Below, piece after piece: positions 52,528 through 61,177 of a DNA stretch of 64,000 bases. The notes beneath the pieces were generated by a model. It searched no databases, was not told the origin of the DNA, and saw only the letters and a program-made list of their open reading frames with translations. How positions within the stretch are numbered: the stretch's first letter is position 1; each line of letters opens with the position of its first letter. A program made the translations under genes and the position numbers. This DNA is from a virus, in IMG/VR virus record IMGVR_UViG_3300033153_002115, positions 1-64,000 of that record. One strand, given 5' to 3'.

Positions 52528-54621
52528 ATGAAAGTAAAAGCGGAAGGAAAAGAGTTTATACTACGTAATGAAGTAGGTGATATGGCTATTATACCTAAAG
52601 CATTAGGTGGACGTATCCAACAATTACTTGATGTAGGAAATAACGAAGAGATAGATAATATCGTAAATAGTTTACCTTCCTCTGAAGACTATGCTGAAGA
52701 TGGTAGTTTATATATTGGTGGTAAGCCTACTGAAGAGAAACCTAAAGGATTCTTTGGTACTGTAGACGAAACTATAGCTAAATACGCTAAGAAACCAAAA
52801 AGGTTTACTGAAGAAGAGTATGCGGATAAAATAAAACAGTTAAATAAAGATGTTGAATATTATACTGGTGTAAGTGATGATTATAAAACTAGGTATGAAA
52901 AATCTGACAAGTATGATGATAAGTCTACTGAAAATTACTATAGAGGTAAAGTGTCCGATAGAAACATACAGCTTCAGAAACTTAATAAAGACTACCCTGA
53001 ATATAATAATGAGTACGCTTATGGTGGTACAATAGATCCTCCTACCAATGACCCAGTAACAGAAAAAGAAGTTATAGAACAAGGAAGGCAATTGGATCCT
53101 TATCAAACACAAGCTGCTCAAAAGTCGTTTGGTACGTCTTATGATTATGTTTCAGGTGCACTAGGGGATGCGTCTTCTACATTAGAAGATAGAGATAGAG
53201 GGTATGGTTTTAATGCACAACGTGATAATACTTTTGCTAAAAGTTTTAATGCTTCCATTGCAAATAAGACACCATATGTAGGTACAGGCGAAGAGACAAT
53301 GTTTACTTTGAATCCTGGAAGAGATATGGTTGTAGATAAATCTAATCCTAATATAAACCCAAGTTTAAAACCTGGAGGTAGAGAATATAACGTAAGTGTA
53401 AATGCTTATAGAGAAAATCCTGGAGCATATAGTGATATAATAAATAGTACTGCTGGTTTAGATCAGTTCAATGAATACCTTGGTGTTAACCAAAAAGCTT
53501 ATGGTGGGCCTATCAAAGCTGAGGCAGGTCTTAGCGTAAAGGGTGGGGGTAAAAAAAAAGTTCAGCAACAAAATTTTGAAGCTTCTCAAAAACAACAGAC
53601 GGGTTTATTTGAAAAAATGAAAAGTATGTTTAAAAGCGAACCTACTGAATTAAATGTACCTGAAGTTAGTAATGAACCTATGTCTGAAGAAGACATGATT
53701 CCATCTATAACAGAGTTTGGTAAAGAAGAAGTATCTATACCTAAATCTATTTATACTTCAAGAAAAAAGTTAGAGATTGAAGATAAAAAAGATATGGAAG
53801 TGTTTCTTGATTGGGATGAGAGAGCAGAAAGAGATGAAGAAGGAGACTATAAAAAAGATGATAAAGGGAACTATATAACTCCTTATGAGATGTCAGGAAA
53901 ATATGGGATTCACCCTAAAATACAAGGGTGTATGGGTTCTGGTTGTCGTGTAAGAGATAGAGTACTTAATGATTTACCGGGATATTATGAAGTAAGAAGT
54001 GGCTCTAAGTACGGTAATATAGAAAGTATTAGTACAGGACAAAAAGGTAAAACCAATAAAGATTTTTATGGGCCAGATACTTGGGAAAGTCCGCAAGCTT
54101 TAAAGCATTTAGGTTTGGCTGATTATGTATTTGCAACAGGAAATAAAGTTACAGATTATGAAGACTCTAAAGCAGGTAGGTTAAAATTTAATAAAGAAGC
54201 TGGTAAATACAGAGAGGAATTTCTAAAAGATGAAGGTTGGAACAAAGTTTCTCCAGGTGATATACTTACTCATGGTACAGCAGAAGGTGTAAAAGAAGGT
54301 TCTTATACTAATAGAGGGGATAAAACTACTATTAAATACAAAGATGGATCTACAGAAGAAATCGATGTAGATAATAGAGAAAGACATACTTCTAATGTAT
54401 TAAGTTATGAAGAAAATGGAAATATGAATGTGTATAATTACGGAAATTATTATACTGTAGGTTATGCTAAAGGAGCTACACATACACCAGAAGAGTATTT
54501 TAAAGAAAAAGATGTTAATAGAGTTACAAGGATTAAAGCTACCGGAGATTGGTCTAAAAATAGGTTAGATAGGATTGCAAAGCACAATAGAGCAATGCAA
54601 CCTACCAAACCAAAAAATTAA
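52528..54621 (+). CDS. multi-segment virion protein, possible C-terminal NlpC/P60-like domain
   Basis: AxGG-type repeats; C-terminal GCMG...PGDIL...RHT pattern. Confidence 0.55.
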   Translation: MKVKAEGKEFILRNEVGDMAIIPKALGGRIQQLLDVGNNEEIDNIVNSLPSSEDYAEDGSLYIGGKPTEEKPKGFFGTVDETIAKYAKKPKRFTEEEYADKIKQLNKDVEYYTGVSDDYKTRYEKSDKYDDKSTENYYRGKVSDRNIQLQKLNKDYPEYNNEYAYGGTIDPPTNDPVTEKEVIEQGRQLDPYQTQAAQKSFGTSYDYVSGALGDASSTLEDRDRGYGFNAQRDNTFAKSFNASIANKTPYVGTGEETMFTLNPGRDMVVDKSNPNINPSLKPGGREYNVSVNAYRENPGAYSDIINSTAGLDQFNEYLGVNQKAYGGPIKAEAGLSVKGGGKKKVQQQNFEASQKQQTGLFEKMKSMFKSEPTELNVPEVSNEPMSEEDMIPSITEFGKEEVSIPKSIYTSRKKLEIEDKKDMEVFLDWDERAERDEEGDYKKDDKGNYITPYEMSGKYGIHPKIQGCMGSGCRVRDRVLNDLPGYYEVRSGSKYGNIESISTGQKGKTNKDFYGPDTWESPQALKHLGLADYVFATGNKVTDYEDSKAGRLKFNKEAGKYREEFLKDEGWNKVSPGDILTHGTAEGVKEGSYTNRGDKTTIKYKDGSTEEIDVDNRERHTSNVLSYEENGNMNVYNYGNYYTVGYAKGATHTPEEYFKEKDVNRVTRIKATGDWSKNRLDRIAKHNRAMQPTKPKN

Positions 54622-55193
54622 TCGTATAGAGTCTCTGGAAGTTTACCGGCATAAGGGATAATAGTTAAAGGATCTATTTCACCTCTACATTCACCATAAC
54701 CACCTAGTCCGTTTTTAAAACACAGGTTAAAAGTTATTTCAAAATGTAAGTGGGCTAAATGAGTCCCTTCTTTGCCTATTGTGGCGATTGGTTCCCCCTT
54801 TTCGACAAAATCCCCTTCTCTACTAAAAACTGTATCACAATGAAAATATATAGCCTTTATAATACCAGCATGATATTTATGTAATACTGAAAGATGACAA
54901 GTAGATTCTGCATAGTCTACTATTCCATGCCCTATGGAGTAGATAGTATCCCCTAAATCAGAGTCACCTCCAGGAAAACCACTTATATCCAAACCTAAGT
55001 GTTCATCTGTGTTTTGAAAACCTTGTGCTATATAATAGCCATGTCCTACAGAATCTCCACAAGGGAATCTAAAGGTTTCATTGTATGGCAAACGGGAGCC
55101 TTTTTTCATATGAGGGAGTCTTGTTAATTGTAACTGACTAGCCGCATTTATAGTAAATAAGCTCAGCATCGAGATAATTAATAATTGTTTCAT
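54618..55193 (-). CDS. secreted M23-family metallopeptidase
   Basis: Signal peptide; HLGLD (HxxxD), YFHC, GDFVEKGEPIATIG, HLHFE. Confidence 0.88.
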   Translation of the reverse strand: MKQLLIISMLSLFTINAASQLQLTRLPHMKKGSRLPYNETFRFPCGDSVGHGYYIAQGFQNTDEHLGLDISGFPGGDSDLGDTIYSIGHGIVDYAESTCHLSVLHKYHAGIIKAIYFHCDTVFSREGDFVEKGEPIATIGKEGTHLAHLHFEITFNLCFKNGLGGYGECRGEIDPLTIIPYAGKLPETLYD

Positions 55194-55226
55194 TTACGTG
55201 AATTTTAAAAATTAGACATAATTCAG

Positions 55227-55234
55227 TACATTTG
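55227..55234 (+). promoter_or_regulatory. Bacteroidota -7 box (TACATTTG) inside palindrome AGTACA-TT-TGTACT
   Basis: TAnnTTTG in the divergent intergenic region. Confidence 0.5.
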
Positions 55235-55257
55235 TACTAAACATTAATATAAATAAT

Positions 55258-58200
55258 ATGCAGTGTTTAAATATTAATCTACCGAGCATAAGAAAAAACC
55301 TAGATGACCTGACTAAATTGACAGGTGATAAAGAAGTAGCTTATGCAACCTTAGCTAGTAATAATGGTTATACAATGAAACAGACCATGACTGGTAAAGT
55401 TTCTTCTCTGTATAACGAATTGGAAGCTATTTCTAATATACCAGAAGAAGCAGAGATTCTAAAAATGAATGTGCATTCTTCGGAATTCATAGAAAAATTT
55501 GGTGATTGGCGAAATTTAAAACAAGGTAGGTTGAACACAGACAACGAACCAAAGTTGTTTACCGAAACCGGTAAATATTATTACATAGGTGAAAAGAATA
55601 AACGTATTTCGATTAAAGTAAATAAACCTGCATCTTTTAAAAAAGTAGCCCCACTTACAAGTGAAGAGACAAATAATGCGTTAAAAAAGCAATACACTAA
55701 AGATACAGAAGGGCCAATAAAGAAAGGATCCTTTGTATCATTCAAAAGTAAAGACGGAGGTATTACTGATGCCATGGTGTATAAAGTAAATCCTAATGGG
55801 TCATTCAATTTATTTAACACTACAACAGTTACCAAAGATCATATCGGTATTTTACAAAACAAAACCCCTAGACAACTTACTAAAAAGGGGGACTATCATA
55901 CCATAGGTGGAGCTAAAGGTAAACCAGAAGTGTTAGTATTATACGCAAATAAAGACCGTAAAGAACCTCTAATACTTAATATAAAAGATAAGATTAGTGT
56001 TAATAAACAATCTTCTAACATACAACAAAACTATATAGACGCTGCTGTACAGTATGGTCTATCTAAGGAACCTACTATAAAACCTACTGAAACAGTAGAA
56101 ACTAAACCGTTACATACAGATAAAGATAAAGTCTTCGTACATGCCGAAAATGTACAGGAAGTTGATGAAGTTAAAGCAGGCATAGATGAAGATATATCCA
56201 ATGGTGTGAAAGTATTTATGGTGCTGCCTCCTCAATTCGCGAATCAACACGATATGGCTATATCAGCCTATCTAACTGATATGGATTGGGTATATAATGT
56301 AAATGAAGGTGTGGCTTATTTCGCTAAACCTAAAGCTAAAATACCTACAACAGAATCTCAAAAAGTTCCAGGCCCAACACAATCCTTTTCCAAAAGAACT
56401 CCAGGTACAATTACGGATTCAAAAGGAAACTTACATAAACTTGGTACGTTAGCTGCTAATATGATACAGTTTCTACAAGAGAAGAGACAAGATGCACTAC
56501 CTTATTTGAGACAAGGAAAACAACTAGTAAGTAAAATTGAAAGAGCGTTATTAAAAGCTGTACCGGATGCAACATTATTTATATATAATAAGATTCCAGA
56601 AGTGGTATTGGCTAATAGACAATTGAAAGAACGTATAGCTACAGATTCAAAAGATCCAAGGATACGTCAGGTTACAGGGTCAGATAACATAGACCTATAC
56701 AATAGTTTAATGTATGATTTATATACAGAAACTGTACATAGAGCTATGCAATTAGATCGCAAAGTTCCAGGTAAAGGAGGCTCATTCAATCTACGTAGTG
56801 ATCATATACAAGCTAAACTTAGAAACGATATTAGGAGTTTAGAGGAAAGGAAGCTTAACTTACAAAATACAGGAGCAGCGAATAAGGATATAGATGCTGT
56901 AACAACAGAAATTAACGACATCAATGCTATATTAGAACAAGATGTAGAAGAATACAACCTAAAGACTCTTAAAGATATAGCAAAAACTGACTTAGCAAAA
57001 GCCAGAAGAATACTTGCTAAAGAAAATATAAGTCCTGATGAGTTTGTACGTGCTAAAAACATACTGCAGAATTGGATAGACGTAGGGAATTTTGAGGATA
57101 CAGATAAAAATATATTTCTGGACGAGTCTCAAGCAGTAAATCCGGAAATACAAAAAGACTTTAAAGAGATAGCTAATGAAGCTGAATCAATCAAGGATAC
57201 ATCATTGAACAATAAAGGCAGGAACTTGATAACTAGTAAAATAAGTTCTACTTTAAACAAAGTATTCAACTTTAATGACATAACTAAATTAAAGAATAAA
57301 GTAAACGGTTGGTTTAAAACAGTATTTTCTATAGCTAAAGTGGATAACCCGACTGTAGCTTACATAATGAAAACTATAAACACTGCCGCTAAGAAAGCAG
57401 AAGTAAAAGCTATTACAGAAAGTAATCATTTAGCTGAGTTATATGAGACTTTGCGACAAAAAGGTTTTGATTTTGAGTTGTTTTGGCAAAAAGATAAAGA
57501 TGGTACGGTTACCGGTAATCTGGTTAGTGAATACACTTCTGAATACCTAAAAAGACTACGTAACTTTAAAAGAGGTTACGGTAGACTTTCAGACTATAAA
57601 AATGATAATGTATTTATCGATGTAAGTAGATTAGCAGGAGCTTCAACTCTAGCTATAGAAAAATACGTAGAAGAGTTAACTCCGATTATAGGCAGAGATA
57701 AAGCTATATCTGCTGTAGCAGAAGCCGACATGCTCTTTAAACGGTATATGGAAATAAAAGACCATTATTTAATGGCAGAGTTTGGTGTAGAGAATGAAGA
57801 GGAATTGGAAGCAGGTAGTGAAGAGGCGAGTAGGATGTTACAATGGAAAATACAAAATTCCCCTGCTATACGTGCTGCTGCTATAGATAAAGCGAATACA
57901 GGTACTTTTAACGAGATTCAAGGGGCTGCTGCTGACAGATTCCTGGTAACTGTACCAAAAAAGTTCGATGAAAATGGAAAACCTACTGAACTATACGACG
58001 ATACATTTACGTCTATTACTGAAGACACAGACGCCGCTGCTTTCTATAAGAGAGCTTATGAAATAACTAAAAAAGCAAAAGAACATTTCAATACTAGCGG
58101 TATGACTGAGTATGCTTTAGGTGCTATACAGAATACCATACTAGAAGAATACCAAGAACACGGTATAAAAGAATTTACAAAGAAAACTTTATGGGATAAT

Positions 58201-60006
58201 GCAGTAAACTATGCTGCAGGTAAAGATAATAAAAAAGAAATAACAGATCCAGTTACAGGTAAAACTGTAAAAGTACTGGATAAAGGAGTACAAACCTTAG
58301 AGTCTTTAATATCTAAGGAAATGAAAAACATACACGAAGTTAGGGAGTTAAATCCACAACAAATTAGAGAGTTATCTGCCGAAGATAGAGCTGAGATATA
58401 CCGAGAAGCATCGGATATTGTAATGAAGAGTCATAGTGGTGATATATTTAAAGCCCTTAACTCATTAAATCTTGCGGCTCTTTCTTATGGATATAAATCT
58501 GCTATTAAACCTGAAATAGATATGGCTCTCCACTACTTAGAGCAAATGGAAGCAGGTATATCGGATGAAGAGTTCAGTTTTGGTGATATAGATAGTAAAG
58601 ATGTAGGCAATGTTAAAGACATGGTAGACTACTTTATCGACAGAGAATACTTCGATATAGGAAACCAGGATAAGTCGATGAAACTGCCGATTTCTGTCTA
58701 TACATCGGATGAAAAGAGAAGAAGAAAGCAATTGTTAGAACAATTAGAAAGACTAGCTACAGATCAAACTCTAAAAGGTAAAACTACAAAGAAACGTCTT
58801 GAAACAGAATTAAAAGAAATCGGGCGTAATGTAACAGTGAATTCTATCCTTAAGAGTTTAATGGATTTTATGAGAATATCTACAATGGGGTGGAATATAC
58901 AGTCAGCTATTGCTAACTTTATGCAAGGTCAGATAGTAAATATAATACATGCCGCTGAAGGGAAATTGTTTACTTGGGAAACTTTAAAAGCAGCTTATTC
59001 TACAGTATTTACAGAAAAGTTCGATAATATTATAAAGAACTACGCTGTTCTTGGTGATATTATGTATGATTTTGAACGTAAGAACCCATTCGAAAAGAAA
59101 AAAGGGGTTTTCGGTAAAATAAAAAGCGCTGTAATGCCTTACGCTGGTACAAAAATAGCCGAAAAATTGAATCAAGGTAACATAACTGTTGCTATGTTAA
59201 TGCATATGCAAGTACAAGATAAAAATGGTAATGATATAAGCATTTGGGATGCTATAGATGATAAGGGGACTTTATCAAAAGAATACACATTTAATGGACA
59301 GAAAGGAGACGCAGCTATAGCAGAAGTTATTATACCTATAAGAGATCAAATAAACTTAATTCATGGTGACTATAATAACGCTAAATTACTTGGTAAAACT
59401 ATTGTAGGTAAAGCAGCATCGATGTTTCATTTATGGTTTTTTGAACCATATCATGCGCATTTTGGAGCAAGAAAATATAATGCTATTTTAGGTAGAGAAA
59501 CAAGAGGACGTGTATTATCGGCTATGGAATTAATCCCAAAATACGGATTAAGTTATAAAAAAATGCGACAAGCTAGAGCAACCGAGAAAATAACTGAAGT
59601 TGATCTTAATAATATAAAAGTACTTTTTATGGAACTTAGTGCTATAGCTGTTACAGGGTTACTATCTCTATTAGCTAAAGCTACTTTATGTAATGATGAA
59701 GAAACCAAATGTGGTGGTGTAGGGACTACTTATCTAGTTAATACTCTTAATCGTATAGCAAGAGAAGTAAAAACATTTACAGATCCTACTGCATATTATG
59801 ATCTTGTAACGAATCCTGTCGCTGTAGCTAGATACCTTAAAAGTATAGCTAGGATATTCCAGTATATGAGTGATGCGGCAGCAGGAGAGGATATGGATAA
59901 TAAAGATGGGGATAATAAAATACTTATAACTTTAAGTAAAGAATTCCCTATATTAAGAAGATTAATTATTGAACGTGATTTAATGGAAAATATTAGAAAT
60001 TATTAA
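55258..60006 (+). CDS. large virion cargo/polyvalent protein
   Basis: 1582 aa; EFIEKFGDW...NEPKL N-terminal motif; helical C-terminus with hydrophobic segments. Confidence 0.7.
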   Translation: MQCLNINLPSIRKNLDDLTKLTGDKEVAYATLASNNGYTMKQTMTGKVSSLYNELEAISNIPEEAEILKMNVHSSEFIEKFGDWRNLKQGRLNTDNEPKLFTETGKYYYIGEKNKRISIKVNKPASFKKVAPLTSEETNNALKKQYTKDTEGPIKKGSFVSFKSKDGGITDAMVYKVNPNGSFNLFNTTTVTKDHIGILQNKTPRQLTKKGDYHTIGGAKGKPEVLVLYANKDRKEPLILNIKDKISVNKQSSNIQQNYIDAAVQYGLSKEPTIKPTETVETKPLHTDKDKVFVHAENVQEVDEVKAGIDEDISNGVKVFMVLPPQFANQHDMAISAYLTDMDWVYNVNEGVAYFAKPKAKIPTTESQKVPGPTQSFSKRTPGTITDSKGNLHKLGTLAANMIQFLQEKRQDALPYLRQGKQLVSKIERALLKAVPDATLFIYNKIPEVVLANRQLKERIATDSKDPRIRQVTGSDNIDLYNSLMYDLYTETVHRAMQLDRKVPGKGGSFNLRSDHIQAKLRNDIRSLEERKLNLQNTGAANKDIDAVTTEINDINAILEQDVEEYNLKTLKDIAKTDLAKARRILAKENISPDEFVRAKNILQNWIDVGNFEDTDKNIFLDESQAVNPEIQKDFKEIANEAESIKDTSLNNKGRNLITSKISSTLNKVFNFNDITKLKNKVNGWFKTVFSIAKVDNPTVAYIMKTINTAAKKAEVKAITESNHLAELYETLRQKGFDFELFWQKDKDGTVTGNLVSEYTSEYLKRLRNFKRGYGRLSDYKNDNVFIDVSRLAGASTLAIEKYVEELTPIIGRDKAISAVAEADMLFKRYMEIKDHYLMAEFGVENEEELEAGSEEASRMLQWKIQNSPAIRAAAIDKANTGTFNEIQGAAADRFLVTVPKKFDENGKPTELYDDTFTSITEDTDAAAFYKRAYEITKKAKEHFNTSGMTEYALGAIQNTILEEYQEHGIKEFTKKTLWDNAVNYAAGKDNKKEITDPVTGKTVKVLDKGVQTLESLISKEMKNIHEVRELNPQQIRELSAEDRAEIYREASDIVMKSHSGDIFKALNSLNLAALSYGYKSAIKPEIDMALHYLEQMEAGISDEEFSFGDIDSKDVGNVKDMVDYFIDREYFDIGNQDKSMKLPISVYTSDEKRRRKQLLEQLERLATDQTLKGKTTKKRLETELKEIGRNVTVNSILKSLMDFMRISTMGWNIQSAIANFMQGQIVNIIHAAEGKLFTWETLKAAYSTVFTEKFDNIIKNYAVLGDIMYDFERKNPFEKKKGVFGKIKSAVMPYAGTKIAEKLNQGNITVAMLMHMQVQDKNGNDISIWDAIDDKGTLSKEYTFNGQKGDAAIAEVIIPIRDQINLIHGDYNNAKLLGKTIVGKAASMFHLWFFEPYHAHFGARKYNAILGRETRGRVLSAMELIPKYGLSYKKMRQARATEKITEVDLNNIKVLFMELSAIAVTGLLSLLAKATLCNDEETKCGGVGTTYLVNTLNRIAREVKTFTDPTAYYDLVTNPVAVARYLKSIARIFQYMSDAAAGEDMDNKDGDNKILITLSKEFPILRRLIIERDLMENIRNY

Positions 60007-60007
60007 G

Positions 60008-60093
60008 AAGAGAGGATGGGATTCGAACCCACGGAGCTTTTACACCCTCTGATTTAGCAAACCAGTGCAATAGACCAACTCTGCCACCTCTCT
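60008..60093 (-). tRNA. tRNA-Ser(GCT)
   Basis: Cloverleaf; anticodon arm CTGGT-TTGCTAA-ATCAG; long variable arm. Confidence 0.9.
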
Positions 60094-60098
60094 TTATG

Positions 60099-60169
60099 AG
60101 ATGCCGGTCAGGATCGAACTGACGAACGGAGCTTTGCAGGCAACTACCTTACCACTCGGTTACAGCATC
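60099..60169 (-). tRNA. tRNA-Cys(GCA)
   Basis: Loop CTGCAAA, U73; anticodon stem has two mismatches. Confidence 0.8.
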
Positions 60170-60172
60170 ATG

Positions 60173-60244
60173 CACAGGGAGTAGGATTCGAACCTACAAA
60201 CTACGCTTTTGGAGAACGCTTGCCACACCTATAACTGCCCCTGT
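60173..60244 (-). tRNA. tRNA-Trp(CCA), atypical D arm
   Basis: GCGTT-CTCCAAA-AGCGT; T arm GTAGG-TTCGAAT-CCTAC. Confidence 0.8.
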
Positions 60245-60247
60245 ATT

Positions 60248-60329
60248 GTGCCTCACGAAGAATCGAACTTCCTAGTCATTAGACACCAGATTTACAGTCT
60301 GGTCCTGATCCCACTCAGCAGACTCGGCA
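60248..60329 (-). tRNA. tRNA-Tyr(GTA), mismatched acceptor stem
   Basis: CCAGA-CTGTAAA-TCTGG; variable arm present. Confidence 0.75.
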
Positions 60330-60333
60330 TTAG

Positions 60334-60418
60334 AGGAAAGTGTGGGATTCCAACCCACAAGACTTTGACATCCTACTGGTTTTCAAGACCAGGCCCTCGT
60401 GCACCACGGACACTTTCC
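60334..60418 (-). tRNA. tRNA-Ser(TGA), atypical
   Basis: CTGGT-CTTGAAA-ACCAG; long variable arm; T loop TTGGAAT. Confidence 0.8.
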
Positions 60419-60423
60419 TTATG

Positions 60424-60496
60424 TGGAATCAGATAGACTCGAACTACCGTCTCAAGATCTTCAATCTCGTGCTATTGCCTCCTCAGCTATGATTCC
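60424..60496 (-). tRNA. tRNA-Phe(GAA)
   Basis: CGAGA-TTGAAGA-TCTTG. Confidence 0.88.
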
Positions 60497-60501
60497 ATTA
60501 G

Positions 60502-60576
60502 TGCGGAAAGAGAGACTCGAACTCTCAGAACTCTGGAGCCTAAATCCAGCGACTTTACCTATTTGCCCACTCCCGC
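60502..60576 (-). tRNA. tRNA-Leu(TAG), short variable region
   Basis: CTGGA-TTTAGGC-TCCAG. Confidence 0.85.
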
Positions 60577-60582
60577 ATTTTG

Positions 60583-60669
60583 TGCACCTGGTGAGAGTCG
60601 AACTCACAAGACCATCACTGATCACTGGGGCTTAAACCCAGCGCGTTTCTCCAGTTTCGCCACAGACGC
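60583..60669 (-). tRNA. tRNA-Leu(TAA)
   Basis: CTGGG-TTTAAGC-CCCAG; long variable arm. Confidence 0.9.
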
Positions 60670-60673
60670 ATAT

Positions 60674-60709
60674 AAACCAGAAAGACCCTACTCGTTAAAG
60701 TAAGGTCTT
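60674..60709 (-). terminator. attenuator terminator of tRNA array 2
   Basis: AAGACCTTACT-TTAACG-AGTAGGGTCTT followed by TCTGGTTT, just before tRNA-Leu(TAA). Confidence 0.8.
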
Positions 60710-60740
60710 AGTACTATATTGTATTATTTATATAGCTATC

Positions 60741-60800
60741 CTAATCCCTTACCGAAGTAAGCAGCGACCAGAAACTAAATAAATAACATGTTGTTTTCAT
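60741..60800 (-). CDS. leader peptide 2, MKTTCYLFSFWSLLTSVRD
   Basis: ATG AAA ACA ACA TGT TAT TTA TTT AGT TTC TGG TCG CTG CTT ACT TCG GTA AGG GAT TAG; codons match the 8 downstream tRNAs. Confidence 0.85.
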   Translation of the reverse strand: MKTTCYLFSFWSLLTSVRD

Positions 60801-60813
60801 AAAATGTTATATT

Positions 60814-60839
60814 AAAACCGGTTAAATTAATAACCGGCC
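60814..60839 (-). terminator. intrinsic terminator-like hairpin upstream of leader 2
   Basis: GGCCGGTTA-TTAATT-TAACCGGTT followed by TT. Confidence 0.55.
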
Positions 60840-60910
60840 TTTACAATTTAAAGTGTCAATCAGGTTTTGCACCCCTGTTTTACATGACAAACTCGTTGTT
60901 TTTGCGGTAA

Positions 60911-60942
60911 CAAATATACACCTTATATATTATACAACCAAA
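60911..60942 (-). promoter_or_regulatory. Bacteroidota sigma-A promoter (TTTG-N20-TATATTTG)
   Basis: Both -33 and -7 boxes at consensus spacing, between the two arrays. Confidence 0.7.
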
Positions 60943-60948
60943 TAAAAG

Positions 60949-61021
60949 TTACCCCGGCTGGATTCGAACCAGAATTACAAGGCTCAAAACCTTGTGTGCT
61001 TGCCGTTTACACTACAGGGCA
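60949..61021 (-). tRNA. tRNA-Gln(TTG)
   Basis: CAAGG-TTTTGAG-CCTTG. Confidence 0.88.
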
Positions 61022-61026
61022 ATATG

Positions 61027-61099
61027 AGAAGGTGAAAGGAATCGAACCTTCAACCTCCGAATTCGTAGTCCGGGGCTCATCCATTTGAGCTACACCTCC
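61027..61099 (-). tRNA. tRNA-Arg(ACG)
   Basis: CCGGA-CTACGAA-TTCGG. Confidence 0.9.
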
Positions 61100-61104
61100 A
61101 TTAG

Positions 61105-61177
61105 TGATGCCTCTGGGTTTCGAACCCAGGCTCTTCGCATTAAAAGTGCGAGGCTTTACCAACTAAGCTAAGACACC
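61105..61177 (-). tRNA. tRNA-Lys(TTT)
   Basis: TCGCA-CTTTTAA-TGCGA. Confidence 0.9.

Noticed and set aside
2294-59175. Many short - strand and nested ORFs within large genes
   Set aside because: They are shadow frames with no motifs; the M23 peptidase is the only exception.
1-60006. Genome-wide stop-codon reassignment as in some crAss-like phages
   Set aside because: Genes are intact under the standard code; TAG ends several genes and TGA ends small genes in ATGA overlaps. Only the muzzle gene has internal TGA.
60334-60669. Suppressor tRNAs (anticodons spelled TGA, TAG, TAA)
   Set aside because: These anticodons read UCA, CUA and UUA; no CTA, TCA or TTA anticodon was found.
60855-60885. 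TPP riboswitch (GGGGTGC...ACCTGAT)
   Set aside because: The conserved CTGAGA element and the P5 region are missing.
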